From assembly GCA_040285745.1 (NCBI GenBank), contig JAUFOR010000002.1, positions 434,001 through 498,000 on the forward strand: DNA of 64,000 nt, read 5' to 3'. The notes under the pieces are model-generated. The model saw nothing but the letters and a program-made list of their open reading frames with translations, was not told where the DNA came from and made no database searches. The translations under genes and the position numbers were made by a program. Below, piece by piece: positions 9,809 through 20,712 of this stretch (position 1 is the stretch's first letter; each line of letters starts with the position of its first letter). Source of the stretch: Barthelona sp. PCE. Taxonomy: Eukaryota.

Positions 9809-11959
9809 ATGTCCACACGGGAACCATCGGCCAAGCACTGCCGGGTGGGTGATGTTGTAGAGATTCCAAAAACTGGTAAACGGGGCATACTGCGATATGT
9901 GGGACCTTTAAAAGGGCAGAGTGCAAGTAAGATATTCGCTGGTGTCGAGCTAGATACCCCAGATGGTAAGAATAACGGTTTATATATGGGAATTGAGTAC
10001 TTCAGCTGTCGACCTTTGTATGGTGTGTTTGTGCCTGCTCGTTTTGTTCAGCACATAAGCACACCCAACCTGGAGGAGCCAGTGACCCCGAAGCGTCCAG
10101 TATCACAGCCGAAGATGCGTCGTAGCTCATCGAAGACCAGTGTAGATTTATATTCCAAAGCAAAACAACTCCGCCCAACTGATCGAATTGTTCGTTCCAC
10201 TTCTCCTAACATGCCTCCAAAGTCTCCCGGACTGCGTGCACGTTCTCCAGCGTCACCGCAACCCATTGTAGTTAATATTGATGAAAAGCAGATGAAAACA
10301 GGTGATATTGGAAGGACTATGCACTCGATGGTTTACTTGGTAAATTTAATCCCTGATCAGCTTTCAGAGCTCAGCCAGGCATTCTCCAAGATCGTGCAGG
10401 CGCTAGGAATACACATAATTCATCAAGAACACACTATAAAGTCGACGGAAGTTGATAAATCAATTGCAGTAGCTGAGATTTCAGGTCAGTTGTTGCAGCA
10501 GAAAAGGGAAAGCAGCGAGCTCGTGGCTTTGGTGGAGGCCCTGAGTGCAGAGATTGTAGATCTTAGGGAATTCAGTAAGACCATTGAGATTTCTATGCGA
10601 CGCGGTGTCGAGAATGATGGTCTTGTCCAGGCGCACCTCGAGCTTGTCAACAAGGCCGCGCTCATGGGGAAGCTGTCGAGCGAGCTGAGTGAATTAGTCG
10701 GAGTTCAAACAGGCATTGAGATGACACTGTCGGATTCTGTCTCTAAGCTCTTGAAGAGAAACACAGAGCTAGAGAACGCCGTAGAGACACTCGCAGGCGC
10801 ATTGGGTATTGCACAAGAGAGAATAGGCGACTTACAGACGGATTTGGAGTTGATGGAGATGGAGAGCAGCAGATTGGTTGCGCAGACTCGTGCTCTTGGC
10901 GAAACTGCCACCGTATCAACTGCATCCACTGTTTTGGAAATGTCAGAAACTGTCGTTGAAGATCGATATTACCCATTGCTGAGGTCAACGACGACGCTCT
11001 TGGAAGAGGTGAGACAGGCAGGTGTCCTGACTGCAGATAACACACACCTTGCCGAGTGGTTGCACTGCTTCAAGCTATGTATGCATGCTTTGTTTGGTAA
11101 GCCTGCGTTGCATTCATTTTTATTGGAACAGGAGAAGAGCACGCTGCAGACACTGACCAATGCTTACGTTTCAGCAACAGTGGCATTTTTTGTGGTCGAT
11201 CACAGCCCCACAGGTCTCAAGGATGAATGGATTTCACCAACGTTGAATAGTTGCCGCTTACTTTTGGGTGAAATAACGGAATTTGATATGGTTTCTTCGC
11301 TTCCAAGCACGATCGTGGATGCAATTAATAATTGTATTGCTACATTTTCGGCTCCAGAAGGTGTCCAGCTTCGAATGGCCGTTGACGATACAGTGAGTAC
11401 CAGTGGGTTTTATGCCTCCAGTTCATCGCTTCTTTCCAATGTTCATCGCTCAAAGGCCGACCTGGATTCATTTCACGAACGTGTGTTTTCATCAGTGGAG
11501 CCGGATTTCTTTGTGCCCTCGTTCGTCAAGCATGCACAAGATCGGTTTTCTAACTCCCTATCTGACGCATATGCACACACAGAGGCGACAAAGAACGTCA
11601 GGATGGAGCTGGAGATTGCAAATGATGAGCTGAAGAAGGCCAATGAGCGTGACTTGAAAATGCGAGTTGAGTTGGAAGGATTACGTGTACAGCTTCAAAA
11701 AGCAAAGGAGTATGAGACATTACAGAGGAAGAAGTTCCAAAAGATGGCAACGAAAGCACAGCTATTAGAAACTCAGAACAAAAATTTGGAAACACAAATA
11801 CTTAATATGAGTGCAGTAATTGATGGCGAAACACCCTCTCCTTCACCGCTGCCATCTCCTTCACCTGCACTCAAGGAGGAGAAGGTCAGTAAGGCGTCAA
11901 AGAAAGCTGCTGCCAATGTTATGAGTTTGTTTGAGAACTTAAAACAAAGAAAAACATAA
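9809..11959 (+). CDS. CAP-Gly domain coiled-coil protein (dynactin p150/CLIP-170-like)
   Basis: GILRYVG...AGVELDTPDGKNNG...YFSC...GVFV CAP-Gly motif, then basic Ser/Pro-rich segment and coiled coils. Confidence 0.8.
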   Translation: MSTREPSAKHCRVGDVVEIPKTGKRGILRYVGPLKGQSASKIFAGVELDTPDGKNNGLYMGIEYFSCRPLYGVFVPARFVQHISTPNLEEPVTPKRPVSQPKMRRSSSKTSVDLYSKAKQLRPTDRIVRSTSPNMPPKSPGLRARSPASPQPIVVNIDEKQMKTGDIGRTMHSMVYLVNLIPDQLSELSQAFSKIVQALGIHIIHQEHTIKSTEVDKSIAVAEISGQLLQQKRESSELVALVEALSAEIVDLREFSKTIEISMRRGVENDGLVQAHLELVNKAALMGKLSSELSELVGVQTGIEMTLSDSVSKLLKRNTELENAVETLAGALGIAQERIGDLQTDLELMEMESSRLVAQTRALGETATVSTASTVLEMSETVVEDRYYPLLRSTTTLLEEVRQAGVLTADNTHLAEWLHCFKLCMHALFGKPALHSFLLEQEKSTLQTLTNAYVSATVAFFVVDHSPTGLKDEWISPTLNSCRLLLGEITEFDMVSSLPSTIVDAINNCIATFSAPEGVQLRMAVDDTVSTSGFYASSSSLLSNVHRSKADLDSFHERVFSSVEPDFFVPSFVKHAQDRFSNSLSDAYAHTEATKNVRMELEIANDELKKANERDLKMRVELEGLRVQLQKAKEYETLQRKKFQKMATKAQLLETQNKNLETQILNMSAVIDGETPSPSPLPSPSPALKEEKVSKASKKAAANVMSLFENLKQRKT

Positions 11960-11971
11960 CCTAATATCGTT

Positions 11972-14900
11972 TTATTGATCAGAAAGACCAAAGAAATGAG
12001 TCTTACGATGCTCAGGTGCGTAGAAATCCAACGGAATACTGGCGACAACCTCATATTCATCGTCTGCCGTGTGTCCAATTATTGTTTGCCTTGTAGATGT
12101 GAAGTTAGCGTTCCAGAACCCTTTAGAGAGCTGAGGAACCATGAAACAACATGAAAACTCGGTCGAAAGTAAAACCTTGCGTTCAAATGTGCTGTCTTGA
12201 GCTTCTGTGAATCGTTTATACTGTCTGTCAAACTCCAGAATGTCGTTGGTTGCCTTTGACACCTCGTCGAAGAAGTCCAAACACGTGGGGACGAAAGAAA
12301 AGCACGACACAATACAAGACGGTGATATAGATATTTGAACACTGTCGGCTGGCATTCGTCCGCTAACAATGAATTGACGATGTAGTAACATATCATGCAT
12401 GCTCGCCTCCTTGGTCTCGACTGTGGATGAGTGCATCCATCCCACACACTGCAGTTGCTCTAGAACGAAAGAGTTTGGTTTGGCCAGAGGTATAGTGACA
12501 CTGTCGCTGTCGCCCCACTGCAAAGGGAGCACAACAGCGTATACACGGATTATATCCTCAAAAATACGTCCGTAGAGCAGTGCGCCAATCTCAACACGTG
12601 AATCAAACAGTTTGATGAACTGCCGCAACGCAGGCATAGGGAGCTCAACAGCTGGATGATCCAGTGATGCAACGGCTTTTGTAGCACCTACCACGATGTT
12701 GTCGGCCTGCATCTTAAATCGATGACTTTCAGTCATTCTCTGCCTCCACTCAGCTCTGGAAACAGCCTTCTCCGTTTCATAGTTGGTTGTGACCTTGATG
12801 CCCAGAGTTTCTCCGGATTTGTTCACCGTCTCCATGATGCGTTCTTCTGTGCTCTCACGTTCTTCAGTCATCTCAGCCATTTTCGCTCTGATAGAATCTG
12901 GCGCCTCAATCTGCATACCCAGAACAATATCTCTAATATCACCTGCTGTGAACGCATCGCTACTGACATCCATTTTCTTCGCCACGTCATCCACAACAAT
13001 ATCCCTCAGCAGCTTTTCGAAATCAATCCATTCAGCGTCTGTAAGAGATGGCCAAACATGACCAGGTTTAACCTCGAGAGAGTGCGTTGTAAGATATGTC
13101 TGTACACTGCGTTGCGATGTCTTGATACCCCTCAAGAGAAGGCACAGACGGATAAAGCATATGTCCTGAGGCCACGATTCCAGCCAGTCATCGTACAGAT
13201 TGTAAACAGCAATATGACTCTCTGTTGCATCCTGGATCGTTGGCCCGATCATTGGATGCATCAGGAGCGCTGAAAACATCACCTGCATCTCGCTTCCTCG
13301 CAATTTGATGTTGGGGAAGTCAATGAGCCTGGTTTGCAGTGGAGATAGACCGGTTTTTGTCGTCGAGAAGATCTCCGTGGGGAGGTCATCACTCGGCAGC
13401 GCCTTTAGCAACGCAGACACCTCCTCAGCAGCTTTCCAACGTGCAATCTGGGAGAGCCTCTTCATGTTTGCCCATGCACTCTTGTGGATGGTTCTTATGT
13501 TGAGCTCACCTGTCGTTGGAATGAATACAAACAGCGCACCGTTCATCGGGTCGGAGTGTACGTTACCATTTTCGGTTCTAATAAGGGCCTTTCGATAGAC
13601 AATGGATTCGTCAACAAGCCATGGAAGCTTTTGGTTGAAAATCTCAATTAGGTTGTTGCTTGAGAGAAGCGTAGTGCTGTGATCGCGGTTATAAAGTGAT
13701 AGCTGGTTGCGAATACGCTCCCTGAACACAGAAAGCGCAGTATTAGACTCATGCATTATGCGCATGAGGGTGAGAAGCGCCTGCTGCAACCCAGGGAAAA
13801 AAGTACCATATATTGCATAACAGTCGTAACAAAGGTCGTATGCAATGACGATACCTGTGTAACTCGGGTACTTGGTAACACCATCATGTGTATAGCGTAG
13901 GAATTGCTGCTTGGCGAACAGTGATATGTCATGTGCATCGTAGTCGCCCCATCTGAGCTGTACATCAATCCAAAATTTGGATGACTCACATGTATCAAAT
14001 CGTGTAGAGACGACGTCAGACATCAGCATTGGTTCTGTGAAGGGCCATTTATATGTGGCGTTGAGCGTAATATCAGCCGCAGAAGCCTCATATCTGTATG
14101 ATTTACGTGGTTGGATGCTCTGCTGCACTACTTTTTCAATATCTAATGCCTCAAGCTTGTTGTTCAGGTACTGTGTGAGATCCATAACGAGAGATTCGTG
14201 TACTCGTTGCCAAAGATGACCGGCAAAGAGCTCGACCACTGCGACACGAAGACCTGCAATCTTACCATGTAGGAAGACGCCGCATAGGTCTAACTGTACC
14301 TTGAATCCAACGTAAACGTCTGCTCTGTTTATGGTTGGTGACCACCACAGAATGAATCTTCTATTGCTGAGCTGGTTAACACCTCTACGTTGAGCGTGTG
14401 TAAGGTTTCTGAAAACAGATGTCTTTTCAAAGGCACTCTGTTTTTCCCAGAAAAGACCCTCATGTTTACCAAAGTGGGTTGCACGGAACATTGTATGTGA
14501 GAGAATAACCTCAGGGCCGCCCAAGCTCGAGATAACGTCTGTACGGTATTGGTCAATGTCAAAAAGCCTGCCGTCATGGTTATAACTCGTCCAGTTGAAC
14601 GGGTCATATCGCATGTGTGTGTATCTGCTGAACAGCTGTCTCTTTCTCCAACCAAACTCGAATAGAAGTGTTGAACGTTGGCTGGAGAAGAGGGTCTTGA
14701 CACGAGGAACACCATAGTCAACGAGATCCTCCACATCATCGTATGTCAGCCTGCGTCTTTCCAACTCTGCCTCTCGACGACGGAGATCATGCTCATACCA
14801 CACACGGCGACTTTGAGTGATCTCATCCTGCCACGATGCGACGTATCTGTAAAGATTGGGAATCACACTATCTTGGTTCAAACCGCTCCTAAAGGCAACG

Positions 14901-17900
14901 ATACCAGCGTCTGTCTGCGATGCAAACCTGAAGTCTGAAACAGGAACGAGAACTGAGCCGATGCTGTACATGCCCAACCCACCGAACTCACGTGGGGCGT
15001 AAAAGACGACCGGCGGGAATCTGTTAGGCATCTTTGAGTTGAAGCCTTTTTTGATTATCAACTGAACACGGTTCTCGCACTTAATTAGCTTGTCGATAAG
15101 CTGCACTGTGTTGGGAATCGCTTCACGATAGTAAGAAACAAAACCCAACAGAGTTTGGTTCCACCGAGAAGCAATCTTCATAAACGTTGTTGCTGATGAC
15201 GTCATCAAAATCCGTCTGATCCTGTTCGTAAATCGAGCCTGCGCCTTCTCACTAACACGCAACCAGCCATACATCATAGACTCACCCGTTGAATGATCAT
15301 TGAAGGTCCACTGCGGGTTTGTATTGATATCAGTTGCCTGTACTTCATCAATGCGTGAAGCTGGTAGCAGTCTGATTTCAAACCCACCCATTTCAAAGTT
15401 GAAATGCGGGTTTTGGGGTGAGGAAACGCTGATGAATGATTTTTCGAATTCAATGGTTGCAATAGTCTTTGGCACCCTCTTGGAGAACACCTCAAACACA
15501 GCACGGCCAAGGAAGTCATCCACCCTGTTCATCATCATTCGCTGATCAACAGGCCATATGATTTTTGATTGATAGGAAGGAAGATTACGAAGTGTGTGTT
15601 CATCGCTGTTATGAATGAAAGAGTTGACAAGATAGGTCGCTTCCTGTGGTGTGAAGGAACATACAATGTAAACCTTGTCCAACGTACGGCGATAGTGCTG
15701 TACAATACCATAGCTCACAGCGGGTCTTCCTTCAATCGAGGCTGAGACAAACTCTTCACATGTGTGCCTGCCCAACAGGAGCAAATCTAGCACGAGACCG
15801 CATAATTCACCAATAAGTGCAGAAAATTCAAAACCTTTGAGGACACCAACGACGTTCAGATAAGAACTATCCTTGTGATCCACCTCCACGTTACATCTGC
15901 TTGTGATGTAGTCAGCAATTGCATCGTCCATGAAAAGACGAAGTATTTTGTTGAGTAGATTTAGGTCAATATTAGCGAAGAAATTTTCAACTGAAAGTTC
16001 ACATACACAACTGAATTGGCTCTTACTACTCATTAGTGAACGATTTCCTGCGATTTCGGCGCAGAATTCATGCACGCTGAGTGGCATTGGAACAGAGTCA
16101 ACAGGAAGAGAATACTTTGGCAAGAAACGACGAAGCTCATAGTTGAGATACATGGCTATATAAGCGTCTGTGATTTTCTCGAGAGGGTCAACGTTGTAGA
16201 CCACATCTACAGTATCAATGTGATCATGAACCGTGACATCGACTTTACGGAACGTTCGCTGAGTTAGCAGAAGGCGCTTGATTCTATTAAGAGTCTCGCT
16301 TGGGGATTCAAAAGCCCGGTCAATGAGTGCCAACTCCTCGCGTTCACGTTGATTTAGGACTGGTTTGACCACGAACTGCTCTTTAAGAGCCTCGATCGCG
16401 AGTACCAATATCTTGCTGTCATTGGTGTATGTGAGTGGCGGGAATGCAACTGGATCAACAAAACGAGTAACAATTGCGCTTATACCCTTGTAAATTGCAA
16501 GTGCCTGATCAATCGCAATAAATGGACCGCTCTCGAGATAAGCATTGCTGAGCTCCTGCTGAAATAAAAAATAGAGTCTAATGAGTCGTCCAGAATTCTT
16601 CTCGCTATCTTTCTTTCCATAAAGAAAACCCTTTGCGAGTTTCTTACGCTCAATAAGTGTGTTTCTCTGGTACCACTCCATTCTTTCCTCAAGGTATGCA
16701 TTCAGCAACTCGATGACTGGCTGAGGTAACTGGGGTCGGAAAACAACGCCTGCTCTCATGCAACGCCATGCTTCTGAGTAATGTGAAAGAACGTGCTTGA
16801 TCTTTGTAGCATGTAGTCTCGGTGGAAGGATATCTTTAAGTTCTCTTTCGAGCTGAAGTTTAAGCTCCAGGTCATAATGTGACTCTGATCTAGCCTTGGA
16901 GATGGTTTTAATGCGATAGTTGTCTCTTCCTTCGAACAGACGCGATAAGAAATTTGTAGCGTATACGGTCAGCATAGAATTGAAACCTCTCAGCATAAAC
17001 ACATATTCACGCAGGAACTCCACCCAGAAGCCGTTGCCCATGATTTCAAACGAACCCGTGTACTTCCTATCGTAGAACTCATCACTGAACATTCGACAAA
17101 TGATCTTATTGTAGTTCTTAAAGAGGGTAATCTGGCGCATTACACGATATTTGTATCGATACAGGCCAGTGTGCTTACCCATGTTGAGGAAAAGCGTGTA
17201 TATGGCATCATGCAACTGGAAACTATCAACCAAACCTAAACGAAATTGTATGTGTGCATCAACTATGAATTTTGTGAACTTCAGCAGCTCACGAATGATG
17301 TCGAACATATGACCTAGCCTACCTCGCTTGCGTTCCTTGGTGGTCAGTGTTTTGATAGCCTTTAAGTTAAAATTATAATCTAGATGCAAAAAATTTAGTT
17401 TTTTCTTATGAATAATCAAATTCAGAATGTTCCAACCCTGGTGGACCAACTGCATAGCTGCTTCAAGCCAATCCATCTCAACGTGTTTAAAGAACTTTGA
17501 TTGTGAGAAGAACTCCAATGTGGAAGGATCTTGCCTCAATTCTTCAGCTTTTCTTTTCTCTTTGGATAATGCTCTCTTGGCATCAACCTTGAGCACTCTT
17601 TGGTGTGCAACCTTTGTGGAAACGCCCACATTGGGAGAACAGTGTTGCTGATGGAGACGAACAATGCTCTGCTCCACTTGACGTTGGGTTTTCTTTTTAT
17701 GCTCCAAAGTGAGCAAGTTGAATTTCACAGGCTCAAGTTCTTCTTCAGCAAAAAGAGGAGCAAAGGGAAGTTTAGGCCCTTTAGGAACATTAGCTTTTCT
17801 TTGAGGATGTAAAGTAGTCTCAAAACCTAATTCATCTGTTTCGATATTAACGTGGAGACTGTGACGATATTGATCAACCATAAAGAAAGGATGCGTCCTC

Positions 17901-18721
17901 GAATTGGAATGAAGGTATGGATAAAGACAGCGGTACTCTATTCTACTATGACCTCTATTAATAACCTTTGTAACATCATTAAAATCATTAATGTTCTCAT
18001 ATATCGATTCTATATTATGCTTGAATGGATCAAAGCGGGGGCCACCACTCACTGAACCATTGATAACCTTGGCGTTGAGAAAAGCTGTTGTGTTGAACAA
18101 AAAATAAGAATTGGGATCTATGTTTGAAGAAATATTCTCACAAAGACCGTCGAGAATCTTTTTCTGCTCTAAACTCGTTGTATACTGCCTTTTGCCGTTG
18201 ACAGAACTTTCAGCTTCGTTGAAAAGACCCTCAACAAGCTCTCGATATTCGTCAGATAAACTGTCGTATATTGGTATAGCGCTTTGGACGTTAAAATTCT
18301 TCTCAATCTTATGGTAGAGTCTAATGCTGTCATCGTCGTCTGTTAGTGGGAATTCTAAACGAGTAAAATGTGTTCTATTGTGATATTCATTTTGCATCTC
18401 ACGCAGGGTCAGTGCCCATTTTGCTCGGTAGACTTCTGGTATACAGCGTGCCGTGTCATTAACAACGGTTAGACAACCAGCATTGTGATACAGTGTCTGA
18501 ACGGTCTTGCTTAATTCCCATGGCATCGGCATGTTTTCAAAAAGCTTTGTGATGGCCAGGGGGAAGTGTTTTAGAGCTCCCACGTAAGTCTTCCTAATAT
18601 CTTTGTAGCGATGTGCGCTTAAATTGCCCTTAGAATCCAGATCTCTACGGATATCTTGCAATAGTGCAGCCTTTGAAGGTCTCTTGGACCCGTGCTTACT
18701 ATTTCGATGGCGTTTAGTCAT
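11972..18721 (-). CDS. PRP8: Pre-mRNA splicing factor Prp8 (divergent, intronless)
   Basis: ENMPMPWE, LHLDYNFNLK..KTLTTKERK, NSKMPNRFPPVVFYAP, WWSPTINRA, FWIDVQLRWGDYD and a C-terminal MPN-like GWMHS. Confidence 0.97.
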   Translation of the reverse strand: MTKRHRNSKHGSKRPSKAALLQDIRRDLDSKGNLSAHRYKDIRKTYVGALKHFPLAITKLFENMPMPWELSKTVQTLYHNAGCLTVVNDTARCIPEVYRAKWALTLREMQNEYHNRTHFTRLEFPLTDDDDSIRLYHKIEKNFNVQSAIPIYDSLSDEYRELVEGLFNEAESSVNGKRQYTTSLEQKKILDGLCENISSNIDPNSYFLFNTTAFLNAKVINGSVSGGPRFDPFKHNIESIYENINDFNDVTKVINRGHSRIEYRCLYPYLHSNSRTHPFFMVDQYRHSLHVNIETDELGFETTLHPQRKANVPKGPKLPFAPLFAEEELEPVKFNLLTLEHKKKTQRQVEQSIVRLHQQHCSPNVGVSTKVAHQRVLKVDAKRALSKEKRKAEELRQDPSTLEFFSQSKFFKHVEMDWLEAAMQLVHQGWNILNLIIHKKKLNFLHLDYNFNLKAIKTLTTKERKRGRLGHMFDIIRELLKFTKFIVDAHIQFRLGLVDSFQLHDAIYTLFLNMGKHTGLYRYKYRVMRQITLFKNYNKIICRMFSDEFYDRKYTGSFEIMGNGFWVEFLREYVFMLRGFNSMLTVYATNFLSRLFEGRDNYRIKTISKARSESHYDLELKLQLERELKDILPPRLHATKIKHVLSHYSEAWRCMRAGVVFRPQLPQPVIELLNAYLEERMEWYQRNTLIERKKLAKGFLYGKKDSEKNSGRLIRLYFLFQQELSNAYLESGPFIAIDQALAIYKGISAIVTRFVDPVAFPPLTYTNDSKILVLAIEALKEQFVVKPVLNQREREELALIDRAFESPSETLNRIKRLLLTQRTFRKVDVTVHDHIDTVDVVYNVDPLEKITDAYIAMYLNYELRRFLPKYSLPVDSVPMPLSVHEFCAEIAGNRSLMSSKSQFSCVCELSVENFFANIDLNLLNKILRLFMDDAIADYITSRCNVEVDHKDSSYLNVVGVLKGFEFSALIGELCGLVLDLLLLGRHTCEEFVSASIEGRPAVSYGIVQHYRRTLDKVYIVCSFTPQEATYLVNSFIHNSDEHTLRNLPSYQSKIIWPVDQRMMMNRVDDFLGRAVFEVFSKRVPKTIATIEFEKSFISVSSPQNPHFNFEMGGFEIRLLPASRIDEVQATDINTNPQWTFNDHSTGESMMYGWLRVSEKAQARFTNRIRRILMTSSATTFMKIASRWNQTLLGFVSYYREAIPNTVQLIDKLIKCENRVQLIIKKGFNSKMPNRFPPVVFYAPREFGGLGMYSIGSVLVPVSDFRFASQTDAGIVAFRSGLNQDSVIPNLYRYVASWQDEITQSRRVWYEHDLRRREAELERRRLTYDDVEDLVDYGVPRVKTLFSSQRSTLLFEFGWRKRQLFSRYTHMRYDPFNWTSYNHDGRLFDIDQYRTDVISSLGGPEVILSHTMFRATHFGKHEGLFWEKQSAFEKTSVFRNLTHAQRRGVNQLSNRRFILWWSPTINRADVYVGFKVQLDLCGVFLHGKIAGLRVAVVELFAGHLWQRVHESLVMDLTQYLNNKLEALDIEKVVQQSIQPRKSYRYEASAADITLNATYKWPFTEPMLMSDVVSTRFDTCESSKFWIDVQLRWGDYDAHDISLFAKQQFLRYTHDGVTKYPSYTGIVIAYDLCYDCYAIYGTFFPGLQQALLTLMRIMHESNTALSVFRERIRNQLSLYNRDHSTTLLSSNNLIEIFNQKLPWLVDESIVYRKALIRTENGNVHSDPMNGALFVFIPTTGELNIRTIHKSAWANMKRLSQIARWKAAEEVSALLKALPSDDLPTEIFSTTKTGLSPLQTRLIDFPNIKLRGSEMQVMFSALLMHPMIGPTIQDATESHIAVYNLYDDWLESWPQDICFIRLCLLLRGIKTSQRSVQTYLTTHSLEVKPGHVWPSLTDAEWIDFEKLLRDIVVDDVAKKMDVSSDAFTAGDIRDIVLGMQIEAPDSIRAKMAEMTEERESTEERIMETVNKSGETLGIKVTTNYETEKAVSRAEWRQRMTESHRFKMQADNIVVGATKAVASLDHPAVELPMPALRQFIKLFDSRVEIGALLYGRIFEDIIRVYAVVLPLQWGDSDSVTIPLAKPNSFVLEQLQCVGWMHSSTVETKEASMHDMLLHRQFIVSGRMPADSVQISISPSCIVSCFSFVPTCLDFFDEVSKATNDILEFDRQYKRFTEAQDSTFERKVLLSTEFSCCFMVPQLSKGFWNANFTSTRQTIIGHTADDEYEVVASIPLDFYAPEHRKTHFFGLSDQ

Positions 18722-19006
18722 TGTTTAATGTGTGAAATGGCTGATAATAGTGTCAACAGTTTAGTCATCAGAATAAGGTTTTTTATTTTTGAAGTATGTG
18801 TCAAAGCTTGGTAACACCACACACATTAGGCGAAAGATGAAAGTAGTGATTGTATTTTGCAAACAGATGAATAAAGTATTGTCCGGCAGTTGCATCTTTC
18901 TATTCCTGCAATAATTTAACAATAATCATGCACAAATGGCTAGTTTTTGAACACACAATATAATGATGTAAGTTTAACATCACTTCCAATATTTTTATCC
19001 ATATCA

Positions 19007-19528
19007 ATGAATCTCAAAGAAGTGGGGATTAACAGCGATCGCGTGCGGCAGATGACCAAAGAGGAAATGGCCGATGCAACACACGTTGACAACGACGAAG
19101 AAGTTGAAGCTATTTTTGCTGAAAAAGCAGCCAAATATGCTGCTACATATGATAAGCTGTTGCTCAAACATGCCAACTTGTCCAGAATGCGTCTTTGTAA
19201 GTTGGATGATCAGATTTACACTCATTTCCGTGAAGAGTTCCCTGATATTTCCGTTGATAAAATGGAGGTTGAGCAATGGAAGGAACCCAAGAAGAAGTGG
19301 CACGATTTCATGATGCTTTACCATGAAGGAGAGTTCAAATTAGCAAATTTCTCCATGGGAACACTATTTAGACCTGATGCTAGTCGTCGAGTTGAAGTGG
19401 ACAACTGTGAGATTATGCCCCGTGTGCAGTTCTACGCGTTCGAGATTGCTCGTAACCGTGAGGGCATCAATGATCAGTATAAGGAGTCATGGGCAGAACA
19501 ACTCCCCCCATCATGGGCCAGGGAATAA
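19007..19528 (+). CDS. PBDC1: PBDC1/DUF757-like protein
   Basis: LDDQIYTHFREEFPD, FSMGTLFRPD, PRVQFYAFEIARNREGIND; first ATG at 19007. Confidence 0.85.
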   Translation: MNLKEVGINSDRVRQMTKEEMADATHVDNDEEVEAIFAEKAAKYAATYDKLLLKHANLSRMRLCKLDDQIYTHFREEFPDISVDKMEVEQWKEPKKKWHDFMMLYHEGEFKLANFSMGTLFRPDASRRVEVDNCEIMPRVQFYAFEIARNREGINDQYKESWAEQLPPSWARE

Positions 19529-19533
19529 ATTTA

Positions 19534-20538
19534 CTAGTTTTGCGTATTAAACAGAAGCCATTGTTGACTCTTGAATACATCTGCATCTTCAAACCAAGGA
19601 TGTTCTAATAAAATTTCTGGGTCAGGTCGATCACTGGGGTTTTTCTCCAATAATTTCTCTAATATATCAACCATCTCATTGCTCAATGATCCGTCTCTGG
19701 GGATAGGTGCTGGTTGGGTCTCTATGGCGTCTAACAAATCAAACAATGTTGGATGATTACTAAAAGGAATGACTTTCGTTATTAATTCAAGTAAAGTCAA
19801 ACCTAAACTCCACATATCTGTCTGCCAGTTATACTTCTGCGATGCAAGGCGCTCAGGGGACATATAAGATGCTGTTCCAACCCACGACATATTCATGGGC
19901 ATTGAGCTTTCAACGGCTGCAGCAACACCGAAATCAGTGAGTAGTACTTTACCTTGCTCATCAACTAGAATGTTATGTGGTTTAAGATCCCTGTGGATGA
20001 CATGGCACTGTTTTAAATATACAAAAGAATCAAGTAGTTGATATGCAATACCCTTAATAATTGATTCTGGGATGATTTTTTTCAAATCACCTAATGAACC
20101 TCTGCTACAATACTTAAGCGCAAAAAACACTTTTCCATCCATGAACCATGCACCAAAACAAGGTACAATACCGGAATGTTTGAGCGAATATAGGGTTCGA
20201 ATTTCTTTCTTGACCTGCGCCAACATTTGTTCGCTTGTGAGATCAATGCGGAATTCTTTGACGGCAACAGGCTGATTGGTGGGCATGTGATGCATCTTCA
20301 TCACACATCCTTGACCTCCTTCACCGAGTTTGCCCAAAACATGTAGTTCATTATGTCTAACCACAAACTCTGCAGATTCTGGGATAAGGTAGTTCTGTTC
20401 ATTACTGTTTGACTGCGAGACAGGATTCTTGAGTCCTTCACGGTTAATCAACAGACTTCCATCGCGTAGAGTTCCTGTTTGCGAAATAAATTCTTCTTCT
20501 GGTGCTGGAGTGATGTCAAGAGTAAGATTTGGTAACAT
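19534..20538 (-). CDS. MAP kinase kinase (STE7/MEK family)
   Basis: GEGGQG, VAVKE, HRDLKPHN, DFG, S-x5-S activation loop, VGTASYMSPER. Confidence 0.9.
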   Translation of the reverse strand: MLPNLTLDITPAPEEEFISQTGTLRDGSLLINREGLKNPVSQSNSNEQNYLIPESAEFVVRHNELHVLGKLGEGGQGCVMKMHHMPTNQPVAVKEFRIDLTSEQMLAQVKKEIRTLYSLKHSGIVPCFGAWFMDGKVFFALKYCSRGSLGDLKKIIPESIIKGIAYQLLDSFVYLKQCHVIHRDLKPHNILVDEQGKVLLTDFGVAAAVESSMPMNMSWVGTASYMSPERLASQKYNWQTDMWSLGLTLLELITKVIPFSNHPTLFDLLDAIETQPAPIPRDGSLSNEMVDILEKLLEKNPSDRPDPEILLEHPWFEDADVFKSQQWLLFNTQN

Positions 20539-20712
20539 TTTATGCTATAACGAACGTTTTAAAAAGCAGAAAAGCAGAAAAAAGTTTTAACATCGCATAA
20601 GCTCATTACAGTACTACATGCCTCTTTTTCAAACAGTAAATGATATTTTTGCTGGTTGAAGCAGAAAAAAATTGATTAATTCTTGTTTTCGCTTAACTTT
20701 CCTCAATTAAGT

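Noticed and set aside
14425-14455. Possible intein in Prp8
   Set aside because: The known insertion region (EKx/SxF) is uninterrupted and protein length is normal; no Hint motifs seen in any ORF.
18794-18830. GTATGT donor-like site in the Prp8/PBDC1 spacer
   Set aside because: No acceptor with the AYTAAYNNNYAG spacing nearby and no exon it would repair.
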